Below, one piece after another: positions 36,379 through 47,040 of a stretch of DNA of 64,000 bases (within the stretch, counting starts at the first letter, position 1; each line of letters begins with the position of its first letter). The notes beneath the pieces are model-generated. The model did no database searches, had not been told where the DNA came from, and was given only the letters and a program-made list of their open reading frames with translations. The stretch comes from Fulvivirga sp. (GTDB lineage: Bacteria > Bacteroidota > Bacteroidia > Cytophagales > Cyclobacteriaceae). A program made the translations under genes and the position numbers. Location: assembly GCA_965227525.1 (NCBI GenBank), contig OZ245762.1:3515641-3579640 (forward strand), read 5' to 3'.

Positions 36379-37716
36379 CTCTTTCACTTTATTCATCACC
36401 ACATCTTTCTCGTTTATTAAATCCTCAATGATATAAACGACCTCATAGTCAGGAAGTATACCTCTATTGGCCGTATTTTGTACGGTAGACACGGGAAAGT
36501 TGTTGAGATACCGTGGTATAGTAACACGTAAATTGGAGTTTGGCAAATTTACATACTGTTGCGAGCCTGCTGCATAACCTTCGTATCGGCCTCCACCCTC
36601 TTCGCCAACAATTGTAGCTCTGGTATATTCTCTAAGATATCTTGCAAGTGACGATGCTGTGGAAAATGTACCTCCATTTACCAACACCCATATATTGCCA
36701 TTAAAGCTGTATTTGTCTTTTCTAGGAAACTTGTATTCCTTCTCCTTTCCTTCCCATGACACAGAAGTTTTGTACCAACTGGATTCCTGTTCTTTCATAA
36801 TGAAGGGTAGCATTTCAAAAGCAAACTCATATCGCCCCCCGTTATTGTCACGCAAATCGATTACAAGATTTGAAACTTTTTCTTCTTTAAGCTGCTTATA
36901 AATCGTCTTATAGAGTTTTTTCGCCTTAATTTTATGTTTCTCGATACGTTGACGGTTGAAAGACCTGAGTGTTAGATAGCCTACGCCTTTATCGATTTCA
37001 AACTCGTAAACTTCATCAGGGCCGGAATGTTCCGCTGGCTTTTCTTTATCTGCCGTTTTGCTTTTTAAGTTATCCAACATCTGCTGACGAGTAATTGCTG
37101 GCAGTGTAGCCTCTGCCAACTCATCTGCCGCCTTGCTTTTATAGCTTATGTCAAACTGTTCAGATTGCTCTATATACAAATAATACATCCAGTTGAAGCC
37201 CGAAGTCAGTTTGTAGTAGCTACTGCTAGTGATGTGCCCATCGGTTTGAATGTGCTCTGTGATTTCCATTACTATATCATTTATCAATCTACCATTGATA
37301 GATAAAATTTCATCACCTCTTTGAATTACTTCTTCGTTTGAAAGATCTGTCCAAGCATAAACCCGCCCTTCTAATACTGTTACAACCAACGGTAAATATT
37401 TGTATGAATTATTGAGAAACCCTTCATGAAAAGAGTCTTCCCAATTTCCAATACCTATATGTCCTTCATTGCTAAGCGCTGCCACTCGCGAAACAAGCTG
37501 TAAATATCCAAACTTGTCTAAATTCGGAGGTATTTCATTCATGATTTTTGCTGCCTCATCTTTAAAAGAAGGGTTGTAAATATTCAGCGCTGGGTTATAA
37601 GTCTCCAGACTTTTGATTAAAATATTTAAATCTTCTTTGGTTTGCCTGGCAGTAAAACTTTGGCCCGACCCGATATGAGAGATCAGAAATATGGTTAAAA
37701 ACAACGCTTGCTTCAT
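36358..37716 (-). CDS. S41 family peptidase
   Basis: Signal peptide, GYLTLRSF, LVIDLRDNNGG, TFSTAS, VGEEGGG, and GILPDY. Confidence 0.85.
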   Translation of the reverse strand: MKQALFLTIFLISHIGSGQSFTARQTKEDLNILIKSLETYNPALNIYNPSFKDEAAKIMNEIPPNLDKFGYLQLVSRVAALSNEGHIGIGNWEDSFHEGFLNNSYKYLPLVVTVLEGRVYAWTDLSNEEVIQRGDEILSINGRLINDIVMEITEHIQTDGHITSSSYYKLTSGFNWMYYLYIEQSEQFDISYKSKAADELAEATLPAITRQQMLDNLKSKTADKEKPAEHSGPDEVYEFEIDKGVGYLTLRSFNRQRIEKHKIKAKKLYKTIYKQLKEEKVSNLVIDLRDNNGGRYEFAFEMLPFIMKEQESSWYKTSVSWEGKEKEYKFPRKDKYSFNGNIWVLVNGGTFSTASSLARYLREYTRATIVGEEGGGRYEGYAAGSQQYVNLPNSNLRVTIPRYLNNFPVSTVQNTANRGILPDYEVVYIIEDLINEKDVVMNKVKELISEGD

Positions 37717-37718
37717 AA

Positions 37719-40334
37719 TTATTCCGCTCTTAATGTCTCAGCAGGATTGAGCATCGCTGCCTTTATTGATTGATAACTGATAGTGAGTAAGGCTACACCT
37801 AATGCACCTACTATAGAAACAACGATGGGCAGCCAGCCGACAGTTGTTCTATATTCAAAATCTTCTAACCATCCTTGCATAAGCCAATAGGCCAATGGAG
37901 CTGCTATTACGAATGCAATTATCACTAGTTTTGAAAAGTCTTTTGAAATAAGAAAGAATAAGCTCGGTACTGTGGCGCCTAATACTTTTCGTACACCAAT
38001 TTCCTTATTCCTCTTTTCTACTGCAAAGGCAACCAAGCCGAATAGACCCAGACTGGCAATCAAAATGGCCAAAACTGCAAATACAGTGAAGACATTACTC
38101 AACCGCTCTTCGCTACGATACATGGCATCATATTCTTCATCCATAAACTCAAACACAAATGGTCGATCAGGCACTATGCGTTTCCATTCATCTTCAATTG
38201 ATAGCAATGTTTTTTGCAGATTATCAGTTTTTAGTCGTACAAAAAGCATATTGTACTGTGCCGGCTCCAACATCAATACTAAAGGGTTTATTTTTCTGTG
38301 CAATGACGTTGAATGAAAATTTTCAATAACACCTACAACCTCCCCCTGGCGCCCGTTTAAATTTACTTTCTGACCTAAAATTTTATCATAATTTTCTATC
38401 AATAAAGTGGTGAGTACCTGCTCATTGATAATAAATGCATACTCCCTTTCTTCCCACTTTTCTTTAGACACCAGCTTAAGATCAGTATCATTAAAATGTC
38501 GTCCGTGTAGCAAGTTCATATCCATGTTATTGATAAAATTTTCATCAACAGCCACAGCGTTTACCGACATCGCATGGTCAATAATGCCGGGAACATTTAA
38601 TGTATACCCACCTCCGATATTTACCGGACTTTCTGAGGCAATTGAGACTCCTAATACATCTTGTCGTTGAGTAAGTTCTGTATTGATGGTAGCAAAATTC
38701 TTGTTTACATTGTTATCGGTGGGTAATATGATTACATTTTCTTTGTCATAGCCAAGTTTTTTATTTTTCATAAAGTCCAGCTGCTTCCAAACTACTAACG
38801 TGCCAATAATAAGAAATATGGATATAGAAAATTGAAAAATCACTAACGTCTGACGCATCCAATTTCCAGTTTTTGACCTTGTAAAGTTTCCTTTGAGCAT
38901 ACTACTAGGTGCGAATGCCGACAGTGACATAGAAGGGTAAGCACCTGCAACAAAACTTACAAACAAAAATGTGAGCAGTAGCCCTAGTAGCACTGTGCCA
39001 CCGAATAAATCCTGTGGAACTATTTCTTTGCCCGTTAAAGAATTAAACGGACTCAACACAACATTAACAAGTATCAGTGCCACCACTATAGATAAAAAAG
39101 TAACAATAGCAGACTCTCCCATAAATTGCACAAAAACCTGCTTTCTTACAGCACCAAGAACTTTACGCATGGCTACCTCTCTGGCTCTTTCTACAGACCG
39201 GGCAGTTGCCAAATTCATATAGTTGATACATGCGATTATCAAAATGAGTAAGCCAATAACACTAATGATATAGATGTATGTTATCGAATTTTGAGGTTGC
39301 ATTTCATCAGCTATATCTGACCGTAAGTGAATATCGGTAATAGGCATAAACCCAAAAGTAAGTGTCATAGAGCGTTCTTCTCCAAGAGCTTCTTTTACCT
39401 TTTGATTAAGTAAATGCTTTATCTCCGTCACATTCTCATTATCAGCAAAACGTATGTACGTAGCATAATTAGCGCTACTCCATATCTCTTGTTTGGCGGC
39501 TCGTATGGACGAAAAACTTGCCAAAAAATCAAATTGAAAGTGTGAATTATCCGGAACGTCTTCAACCACTCCTGTTACGGTATAATCCCGGCCGTCTACT
39601 TTGACAATTTGATTGAGTGGGTCTTCATCACCAAAATATTTGGTAGCACTTTTTTCAGTAAGCACCACAGACCTTGGCTGAGTAAGGCATTTATTCGGGT
39701 TTCCAGCAAGTAGTTTAAATGAAAAAACATCAAAAAAGGCGCTGTCTACATAAAAGAACTTTGGCTCCTGATATTTTACATTACCATGATGAATAATAAC
39801 CGGGCTAAAGCCACCAATATCAAATACACGTGTACCCTGTTTCACTTCATCAAACTCACGTTTGAGTGTGGGCAGTAGCGCAGTTGGTGTCATAAAGGTT
39901 TTATTCTCGCCTTGAGCCGAGCTAAAAGTTAAATCAACACGGTAAACATTCTCAACGCTTTCATGAAATTTATCGAAGCTCAACTCATGCTTTACATACA
40001 AGCCTATGAGTATGCAACAGGCCAGGCCAACTGCAAGACCAAAAATGTTTACCAAACTATAGCCCAGTTGGCGTTTGATATTTCTGAATGCGATTATAAC
40101 GTAGTTTTTAAGCATAGCGGTAGCGGTTGATTGTTGATATTTTCTATTTAATAATAGTCTTGGTGTAGATAAAATGAGGAACCCCAATGCTTTTCTATTT
40201 GCCACTATTACACTTTTGCTCTGTGCAATATCAGTATAGTACTCATAAAGATCACCTTCTATTTCATCAAGTAAGTGTTCGGGACAAATCCACTCTAAAA
40301 ACTTTACCATCCATTTTGGGGGAGCAATATTCAT
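37719..40334 (-). CDS. MacB/FtsX-like ABC permease with permease-prefix domain
   Basis: Likely start MNIAPPKWMVKFLEWICP..EIEGDLYE at 40334. IIACINYMNLATARS..AREVAMRKVLGA, KEIGVRKVLGA, and ends NPAETLRAE. Confidence 0.93.
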   Translation of the reverse strand: MNIAPPKWMVKFLEWICPEHLLDEIEGDLYEYYTDIAQSKSVIVANRKALGFLILSTPRLLLNRKYQQSTATAMLKNYVIIAFRNIKRQLGYSLVNIFGLAVGLACCILIGLYVKHELSFDKFHESVENVYRVDLTFSSAQGENKTFMTPTALLPTLKREFDEVKQGTRVFDIGGFSPVIIHHGNVKYQEPKFFYVDSAFFDVFSFKLLAGNPNKCLTQPRSVVLTEKSATKYFGDEDPLNQIVKVDGRDYTVTGVVEDVPDNSHFQFDFLASFSSIRAAKQEIWSSANYATYIRFADNENVTEIKHLLNQKVKEALGEERSMTLTFGFMPITDIHLRSDIADEMQPQNSITYIYIISVIGLLILIIACINYMNLATARSVERAREVAMRKVLGAVRKQVFVQFMGESAIVTFLSIVVALILVNVVLSPFNSLTGKEIVPQDLFGGTVLLGLLLTFLFVSFVAGAYPSMSLSAFAPSSMLKGNFTRSKTGNWMRQTLVIFQFSISIFLIIGTLVVWKQLDFMKNKKLGYDKENVIILPTDNNVNKNFATINTELTQRQDVLGVSIASESPVNIGGGYTLNVPGIIDHAMSVNAVAVDENFINNMDMNLLHGRHFNDTDLKLVSKEKWEEREYAFIINEQVLTTLLIENYDKILGQKVNLNGRQGEVVGVIENFHSTSLHRKINPLVLMLEPAQYNMLFVRLKTDNLQKTLLSIEDEWKRIVPDRPFVFEFMDEEYDAMYRSEERLSNVFTVFAVLAILIASLGLFGLVAFAVEKRNKEIGVRKVLGATVPSLFFLISKDFSKLVIIAFVIAAPLAYWLMQGWLEDFEYRTTVGWLPIVVSIVGALGVALLTISYQSIKAAMLNPAETLRAE

Positions 40335-40672
40335 AAGCTTCCATTTTCTAAAACAATGGTTGGAATTGCCGACCACATCCCTTCTCTCAAGTCTTTGGCT
40401 TCATTAAGCGCTTTTAAACCATAAGCGGTAACCTTATACAACCTTTTACTTTTACCACCCCTTTTTGCAGTTGCTTCACCTTTGTAAGATTCAACAAAGC
40501 CTTTCTTTTCCAATCTGTGTAACGCAGCATGCACAGCACTTAAGGTTACGTTCCGTTTGGCTCTTTTTTCAATTTCAACCATTACAGGGTTACCATAAGC
40601 ACCATCTTGCTGTATGACTGCTACAGTTAATAAAACCAATTCTTCAAACTCTCCCAGGTAAGTCCCTTTCAT
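40331..40672 (-). CDS. PadR-family transcriptional regulator
   Basis: YLGEFEELVLL..YG..TLSAVHAALHRLEKKG..RGGKSKRLY. ATGA overlap with the permease start. Confidence 0.92.
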   Translation of the reverse strand: MKGTYLGEFEELVLLTVAVIQQDGAYGNPVMVEIEKRAKRNVTLSAVHAALHRLEKKGFVESYKGEATAKRGGKSKRLYKVTAYGLKALNEAKDLREGMWSAIPTIVLENGSL

Positions 40673-40675
40673 ATA

Positions 40676-40699
40676 TTTTCCATATATGTAAAATTAATA
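40676..40699. promoter_or_regulatory. Conserved padR-upstream motif with near-palindrome
   Basis: TTTTCCATATATGTAAAA near-palindrome (40676-40693), and TGTAAAATTAATA (40687-40699) matches TGTAAAACTAATA upstream of the other padR. Confidence 0.5.
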
Positions 40700-40766
40700 G
40701 CTATACTCATTAGACACCACTTTTCTTTAAAGGTTGCATCTCAAACAATCAAATCAGAAAAAAATT

Positions 40767-41261
40767 TTATTGCCAGGAGTAAGTGTCTAGTAAGATTTTG
40801 TATCCATCATCTGTAGCCTGCCAGATGAGTATAAAGTCAACTTCACCACTGTTTACCTCGCCATCCCTCATTGTTTTAAGCGTACTATGCCCTAACTGGT
40901 AGACCAGGTTTTCTCTATCATCAAACTCAAAGCCTTTTACACGCCACCCAGGAGGTTTGTTCTTTAAAGCCTGGTAATATTCATTTTCATAAATATCTTT
41001 TTCATTAGTACTCACCTCTATTACTTCCAGCTCCCAGGCCACCGGGTTAGAGATTCCCGTCCAGTATTTGTCTACTGCTTCTCTGCCTTGCACCGTTCTG
41101 CCGCTCTGGCTTAGCAATACAGCATCATCGGCATAAAAAGCTCCAACTTTTTTGAGGTCTTTAGAGTTAAAGGCTTCTTCCATTTGCGTATTGACTTTTC
41201 GTATCTCATCAGTGAGAGAAACCTGAAACAAAAGTATGATGTAAACTATTGAGTTGATCAT
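40767..41261 (-). CDS. NTF2/DUF4440-like secreted protein
   Basis: EEAFNSKDLKKVGAFYADDAVLL..QGREAV..YW, and FILIWQ..DGYKILLDTY. Confidence 0.72.
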   Translation of the reverse strand: MINSIVYIILLFQVSLTDEIRKVNTQMEEAFNSKDLKKVGAFYADDAVLLSQSGRTVQGREAVDKYWTGISNPVAWELEVIEVSTNEKDIYENEYYQALKNKPPGWRVKGFEFDDRENLVYQLGHSTLKTMRDGEVNSGEVDFILIWQATDDGYKILLDTYSWQ

Positions 41262-41330
41262 GGTTATTTCATTGGTTTACATCAATTTAAGCATAATTTT
41301 GTATGCTAACTAACATTAGTTAAAATTACC

Positions 41331-41338
41331 TATCTTTG
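41331..41338 (+). promoter_or_regulatory. Bacteroidota -7 promoter element TATCTTTG
   Basis: Exact TAnnTTTG match 23 nt upstream of the fabH ATG. Confidence 0.6.
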
Positions 41339-41361
41339 ATTTTTTACCATCTAAATATCTT

Positions 41362-42360
41362 ATGAAGCATACAGGAATAGCGGGCGTTGGACATTATGTG
41401 CCGGAACGAATTGTGACAAATGATGATCTTTCAAAAATTATTGATACCAACAACGAATGGATCGTTGAGCGTACTGGTATCCATGAGCGAAGATTTATTG
41501 ACCCTGCCAAGGATACTGTTGCAAATATGGCTGCAAAAGCCAGTCGCATGGCTTTGGAACGAGCCAATATGAAGGCTGAAGACATCGATATGATTGTATT
41601 TGCTACGATTACATCCGACTATTATTTTCCTGGATCAGGGGTGTTGCTACAAAGAGAACTGGGGCTTGAAAGTATTCCTGCAATGGATATAAAAAATGCC
41701 TGTTCGGGTTTTATTTATGCATTATCCACTGCCGATCAGTTTATCAAAACCGGGATGTATAAAAACGTCTTAGTTATAGGGGCAGAAATACAGTCTTCTG
41801 CATTGGACCTATCTGACCGAGGTCGAGGAACTGCTGTAATATTTGGTGATGGTGCAGGAGCTGCCGTACTCACAGCTAGTGATTCCCAGGGCATTCTCTC
41901 AACTCACCTGCATTCAGATGGTCGTTTTGCTGAAGAACTTTACGTAAAAGACCCTGGGGGTAGCAGGTCAAATGAAGAAAGACAACCTGAGCAGATCACG
42001 GACACTTCTGGTTTTAAAGTGTACATGAACGGCAACCTTGTATTTAAACATGCAGTAGTACGATTTATGGAGGTAATTCAAGAGGCCCTGGATCAAAATA
42101 AACTGTCTAAAGAAGATATTGACCTGTTAGTTCCTCATCAGGCCAATTTAAGAATCAGTAATTACATTCAGCAAAAATTAGAACTACCTGCTGATAAGGT
42201 GTATAACAATATAATGCGTTACGGCAACACTACTGCAGGATCAATACCAATAGCTATGAGCGAAGCATGGGACGAGGGGAAAATAAAAGAAGGAGATTTG
42301 GTTTGTCTTGCTGCTTTTGGTAGTGGTTTTACCTGGGCATCAGCCCTTATCAAGTGGTAA
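41362..42360 (+). CDS. fabH: 3-oxoacyl-ACP synthase III
   Basis: Catalytic ACSGF, PHQAN and YGNTTAGS motifs, with FGDGAGA and AFGSGFTW. Confidence 0.93.
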   Translation: MKHTGIAGVGHYVPERIVTNDDLSKIIDTNNEWIVERTGIHERRFIDPAKDTVANMAAKASRMALERANMKAEDIDMIVFATITSDYYFPGSGVLLQRELGLESIPAMDIKNACSGFIYALSTADQFIKTGMYKNVLVIGAEIQSSALDLSDRGRGTAVIFGDGAGAAVLTASDSQGILSTHLHSDGRFAEELYVKDPGGSRSNEERQPEQITDTSGFKVYMNGNLVFKHAVVRFMEVIQEALDQNKLSKEDIDLLVPHQANLRISNYIQQKLELPADKVYNNIMRYGNTTAGSIPIAMSEAWDEGKIKEGDLVCLAAFGSGFTWASALIKW

Positions 42361-42419
42361 AATCCATTATGATATTTAATAACCAAAAGCTATCTTAATA
42401 ACAAAACACTGTAACCACT

Positions 42420-42644
42420 ATGAAAACTAAGTCATACAACCCCAGCGACCTGGAAGTCGCCTTTGCGCAGGCACTTGAAGACCTCAAAGAAGACATTCAG
42501 AAAAGGTTGCCAGATAACGAAATCATCAAGATAGAAAACAAGATTAAGGAGGACAATCCGCTGGTAAAGTTCTACTTACTTGATAAAGATGGCGACCCAC
42601 ACGAAATTGTAATAAAGGTTATACAAACTCCGGATAGGTTTTAG
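42420..42644 (+). CDS. Hypothetical protein (74 aa)
   Basis: Clean ATG-started ORF between co-directional genes with a protein-like composition. No motif recognised. Confidence 0.65.
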   Translation: MKTKSYNPSDLEVAFAQALEDLKEDIQKRLPDNEIIKIENKIKEDNPLVKFYLLDKDGDPHEIVIKVIQTPDRF

Positions 42645-42712
42645 AAATCCCCCTAAATAAGGGAAATTAGGAAATAACGTATTTTTATTAACACATTTAA
42701 AATACGTTAAAC

Positions 42713-43393
42713 ATGAAAACTCTTTTTACCTTAACAATTTGTCTCATTTCCTGTCAGATACTTTCTGCACAAAGCGGTAAGGTGGCCATTTTTGATGAGA
42801 ATATTAACCCTGGTGCTGTAATTGACGAACTACCACTGCCTCCTCCAGGTATAGAAGGCCACGCTTATATATTTGAAGAATGGAAAAATGGTACAATCAC
42901 ACTAAGATCTAAACAGCTTATTGATGGGCATCCGATAAAAGTCGATTTACAAAATCAATTGATAGAAATTAGATTTGAAGATCAGGTGAAAGTATGTAGT
43001 CTGCCCATGTTTTCAAAATTTGAATTAGATGGCAAGCAGTATATCAATACAAACGAAGTTGAGAGTAATGGTGATTTACCAAGCGGTATAGCCCAAGTGT
43101 TAATTGATGGTAAAATAATGGTAATCAATCACTTATTTACTGAAATGAAAGAGCCTACATATGTACCCACTGTAGATATGGGAGATCGCAATAAAAAGAT
43201 TATAAAAAAGGAACAAGTATATGCCATCAAAGATAAGACGGTATTTGAGTTAGATGGTAAATTAAAGAGAAACCAGAAATTCTTTGGTGAGCAGTATAAT
43301 GAGGTTGCAGATTTTGCAGAAAGCAATAAACTCAAATTCAAAAATCAGGAAGATCTCATTTCAATTATTAAGTATTATAATTCACTGATATAA
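42713..43393 (+). CDS. Secreted hypothetical protein
   Basis: Signal peptide (MKTLFTLTICLISCQILSAQ). Followed by a terminator. Confidence 0.75.
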   Translation: MKTLFTLTICLISCQILSAQSGKVAIFDENINPGAVIDELPLPPPGIEGHAYIFEEWKNGTITLRSKQLIDGHPIKVDLQNQLIEIRFEDQVKVCSLPMFSKFELDGKQYINTNEVESNGDLPSGIAQVLIDGKIMVINHLFTEMKEPTYVPTVDMGDRNKKIIKKEQVYAIKDKTVFELDGKLKRNQKFFGEQYNEVADFAESNKLKFKNQEDLISIIKYYNSLI

Positions 43394-43397
43394 AGCA

Positions 43398-43425
43398 AAA
43401 AGCCTGAGATTTCTCTCAGGCTTTT
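43398..43425. terminator. Bidirectional Rho-independent terminator
   Basis: AAAAGCCTGAGA-tttc-TCTCAGGCTTTT, a perfect 12-bp stem between convergent genes. Confidence 0.9.
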
Positions 43426-43450
43426 AAACTATCAATCAATTAAACAGTTA

Positions 43451-44551
43451 CTATTGTAATTCTAGTTCTACGGTACCACTATCACCAAATGTATTAGACC
43501 ATTCAATTTTTATCGTACTATTGATTACATCAGGATCTGACAATGTCCCCGTTATGGTAAATGGATCATTAAATCCATCAAACACTTCAAAATCGCTAAT
43601 CTCTGTACCACAAACATTGATTACACCATCTACGGGTGTATCACCATACAATTGTGGGTATACACCAAAACTAAGGTCACTTACCATAAACTGACCTTCG
43701 TTAATCTGTGTAACAGTTACAACAGCAGTAATGGCCTCATAATCGGGATTACTACCACCTAGCGAGCCACTGGCATACGAATTATATGTTCCGGAAATAT
43801 CTTCATCAGAACCACAAATAACGAAAACAGAAGAGCTACCTGATGCTGATCTTTGCTGACCAACGTCTGAAACAGTAACATCGACATTTACATCATCTGT
43901 TGCAGATGGCGACTCACTGGCTATATAAATACCTGTAACTACACCAGATGACTCTCCTATCACTGCATCTACAGAGCCTTGATCTAATGAAACGGTACCA
44001 GCTCCTGCCGCTGCAACAACATTATTTATTCCGCCTCCAGGGGCAGATGTTATTGTAATTGTCAAGTCAGTTGTATCTCCAGCCGATAGTTCAGTATCAG
44101 CTAAATCCACCGTAAAACTTGGTGCATCAAATCGATAAGAAACGTCTACAGAAAGCGTTTGAGAAAATGACTTTCTTGCAGGTTCATTTTCTTGCTCATC
44201 AAACTGGTTATCATACACCTCAACGGTAATTCCAAAAGCACCAGAGAAGATAAATGGTAGCTCAACATCTACTGTAAACTCGCCACTAGTTTGTCCAATG
44301 ATTCCACCGCTATTCACAGTTACATCACCCAAACTATTGGTTGTACTCACTGCAATACTATCAACTCCTGCCGGAGCGTCTGTAACAGCTACACTCACCG
44401 TTACCACATCGCCACCTTCAGCACTGCTTGTAGAAGCAGTGGCTATAAAAGAAGGTGAGTCAAGGAAATTTTGCGGTGGTGTAAAGTCTTCGTCATCACA
44501 AGCAAATGGCAATGCGAATATTATGGCTATAAAATATATTATTCTTTTCAT
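43451..44551 (-). CDS. Surface lipoprotein with Ig-like beta-rich domains
   Basis: Lipobox LPFA-C followed by acidic DDED. Thr/Val/Ser-rich beta strands. Downstream of susD. Confidence 0.8.
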   Translation of the reverse strand: MKRIIYFIAIIFALPFACDDEDFTPPQNFLDSPSFIATASTSSAEGGDVVTVSVAVTDAPAGVDSIAVSTTNSLGDVTVNSGGIIGQTSGEFTVDVELPFIFSGAFGITVEVYDNQFDEQENEPARKSFSQTLSVDVSYRFDAPSFTVDLADTELSAGDTTDLTITITSAPGGGINNVVAAAGAGTVSLDQGSVDAVIGESSGVVTGIYIASESPSATDDVNVDVTVSDVGQQRSASGSSSVFVICGSDEDISGTYNSYASGSLGGSNPDYEAITAVVTVTQINEGQFMVSDLSFGVYPQLYGDTPVDGVINVCGTEISDFEVFDGFNDPFTITGTLSDPDVINSTIKIEWSNTFGDSGTVELELQ

Positions 44552-44557
44552 ACGTTT

Positions 44558-45442
44558 CTATTTACTTAAGCTATATGTAACAACTGTTCCTGCCGCGTAA
44601 CCACAGTTATTTGGATATAAAATGGTTATATCAAAAGCACTGTCATCGTTAGGGTCATAGTTTGAAGGTGTAGGAGGTGTTCGAGTTAAAATCGGAGTTG
44701 CACCACCGCCACATGCCAAACCGACAGATTTTTCTATCAGTAAGATATCACCACATACCAGATTGATATCGAAGGTAATTCCAGCGAAACCAAACATAGA
44801 GCCAGTTACCGTACGTAATGTACCACCAGCATTGGTGATTTCTACACTACTCCCCCATACTGACGTTGGGTCGGAAAAATTATATACCCCTGTAAAATCT
44901 GCCTCTAATGGACAGATTACTGTGATGTCTAATGTACATGTGCCATTAGAACCAGCAGGAGCACAAATTTGAGCTGCTGTATTAGACGGACCAAACACCC
45001 TGCCATCAGTCATAAACACATTGAAACTTAACCTAAAGACATCACCAGGTGCTAAATCGTCTGCCGCTAAACCGTCTACAAGATTAATCAAGTCTGTCAC
45101 CTGATAAACCACTCTAGCATTAAGATTGGTTTCTGTAGAAACATCAACCTGAGATGATGGAGTGCTACCATCGGCTGGAATAAACTGCATAGAAATTTCT
45201 AATCTATCTATTAAATCTCCATCAGACCCATTTGCATCAAATGGCTTTAGATCAAATTCAACAGTGGCCGTATTAACATCACCAAAAAGATCAATAAATG
45301 CGTGATCCGGATCTAATGTGGCCTTCACTGTCCCGCCTCTGTCAAATTGCTCAAGGGGGCTATCATATTCTGTATCGCATGCTGTAGCTAAAAGCAAGCA
45401 TACAACCATGAAATAGTACTTTATATTAATTATTTTCATCAT
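44558..45442 (-). CDS. Surface lipoprotein (SusCD-associated, unknown function)
   Basis: Lipobox LATA-C followed by DTEYD. Several additional Cys in the C-terminal half. Confidence 0.8.
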   Translation of the reverse strand: MMKIINIKYYFMVVCLLLATACDTEYDSPLEQFDRGGTVKATLDPDHAFIDLFGDVNTATVEFDLKPFDANGSDGDLIDRLEISMQFIPADGSTPSSQVDVSTETNLNARVVYQVTDLINLVDGLAADDLAPGDVFRLSFNVFMTDGRVFGPSNTAAQICAPAGSNGTCTLDITVICPLEADFTGVYNFSDPTSVWGSSVEITNAGGTLRTVTGSMFGFAGITFDINLVCGDILLIEKSVGLACGGGATPILTRTPPTPSNYDPNDDSAFDITILYPNNCGYAAGTVVTYSLSK

Positions 45443-45451
45443 TTCTATATT

Positions 45452-47029
45452 TTAATTAACATCCCAAAAAACGTTATCAGAAGCTGGAAGTCGCTGCGAT
45501 GGCGCATTAGGGTTTGCATCGAGCTGTGTATCGACATATGTATAGCTTAAAGCATAGCTTCTGCTACTAGTCGTATTTACATCTCCATCAGCGTTAGGGT
45601 CATAAATTGCAGGCAAGCCTGTTCTTCTGATGTCGTTGTAGCTATCTATACCCCAACCAAAACTTGCAATTGCCTTTTGCTGTAAAATCAAATCAAGTTT
45701 ACCCGTATCATCGGCTGCATCATATTCAGCTAGTCTATCATTGATATAAGCTGTGATATCTGCCTGAGCAATGGTTGGATCTCCTGCACCAACAACCCCT
45801 ACTACTTCATTTACTTTGTCAAAGGCAGCCTGAATACCATCAGCAAAAAGCTGTCTGTCATCACCATTGGCTCCTTCTTCCAACACAAGCTCAGCCAATA
45901 TAAAATTAATGGCATAGTTAGTAAGCAATCGCTGAGGTGCGTTACCTGCTGCGCTTGTTGCAGCACCAGTTCCACCATTACCATCATTATACAAACCACC
46001 AACAGGGTAAAGCCCTAGCAGTGTTTGTGAATTCTGCTGAGCGAAATTGGCATTTGGGCCTACTGCGCCAAAGCGTGTAGACACAAATAAGCCATCAGGC
46101 GTATCATCCTGAAAATCAGTAGGGTTTTGTGCCGTTCCTCCCTGAGTGATTTGGTTAAACCAATAATAATTCATTCGAGGATCATTCAAAGATTTCATTC
46201 TTTGATAGAAAAATGGACTAATACTCATCTCTCTGCTAGCTGCTGCCCAATTCGTTTGGTAAGCAGGATTTTGATTTTGAGGTGCTACACTAGTACCATA
46301 GTTAAACTGAAAATCATCAGTATTGGCAGTAATATAATCTCCATCTGTAAGAATTTGATTAACCGCATTTTGATCGTACAGTGAGGTCAATCTTGCATTC
46401 AGATAAAGCTTTAATTTTAAAGAATTAGCTAATTTAATCCACTGTGTTAAGTTTCCATTGTAGAAAACGTCATCACCAGCTGGACTCAGAGAAGACTCTC
46501 CTTCAAGGTTTGCAATAGCTTCATCCAATACAAGTAATAGATCTGCATAAACAGCCTGACCTCCGTCATAAGACGGGCTAAAATCACCGCTACCTTTGAG
46601 TGCATTGAAATAGGGTACATCACCCCAAACATCAACCATCACGCCAAACGCAAATGATTTAAGTATTTGGGCAACACCTACATAATGCCAGGCTTCGGCC
46701 TCTGTTCCATTCTCAATTACTGCTTCGAGGTCTCTAAGACCATTTGAATACAAGAAAACCCAGTCATTTGTAAATGAGCTTCCTGTCATTGTGTACTGGT
46801 CTACTCTAAAGTTGACCATCTGATGTGCAAATACCGATGATGCATTGTTGATACCGCCAGTTATTTGAGACATTCTAAAGGCTACACTTGCCTGCCCTGC
46901 CGGTAATATCTGACTCAACGGTGCATCGAGCGGATTACTCGGATCTTGATTTATATCAAGACCATCTTCACATGAAAACCCTATTAGGGCTATCAAAAAC
47001 GTGAGTATATATATATTAATTCTCTTCAT
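45452..47029 (-). CDS. susD: SusD/RagB family nutrient-binding lipoprotein
   Basis: Lipobox GFS-C, INQDPSNP, DVWGDVPY, WIKLANSLKLKLYL, and ends NVFWDVN. Directly after susC. Confidence 0.92.
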   Translation of the reverse strand: MKRINIYILTFLIALIGFSCEDGLDINQDPSNPLDAPLSQILPAGQASVAFRMSQITGGINNASSVFAHQMVNFRVDQYTMTGSSFTNDWVFLYSNGLRDLEAVIENGTEAEAWHYVGVAQILKSFAFGVMVDVWGDVPYFNALKGSGDFSPSYDGGQAVYADLLLVLDEAIANLEGESSLSPAGDDVFYNGNLTQWIKLANSLKLKLYLNARLTSLYDQNAVNQILTDGDYITANTDDFQFNYGTSVAPQNQNPAYQTNWAAASREMSISPFFYQRMKSLNDPRMNYYWFNQITQGGTAQNPTDFQDDTPDGLFVSTRFGAVGPNANFAQQNSQTLLGLYPVGGLYNDGNGGTGAATSAAGNAPQRLLTNYAINFILAELVLEEGANGDDRQLFADGIQAAFDKVNEVVGVVGAGDPTIAQADITAYINDRLAEYDAADDTGKLDLILQQKAIASFGWGIDSYNDIRRTGLPAIYDPNADGDVNTTSSRSYALSYTYVDTQLDANPNAPSQRLPASDNVFWDVN

Positions 47030-47040
47030 TTCTCTATTGT

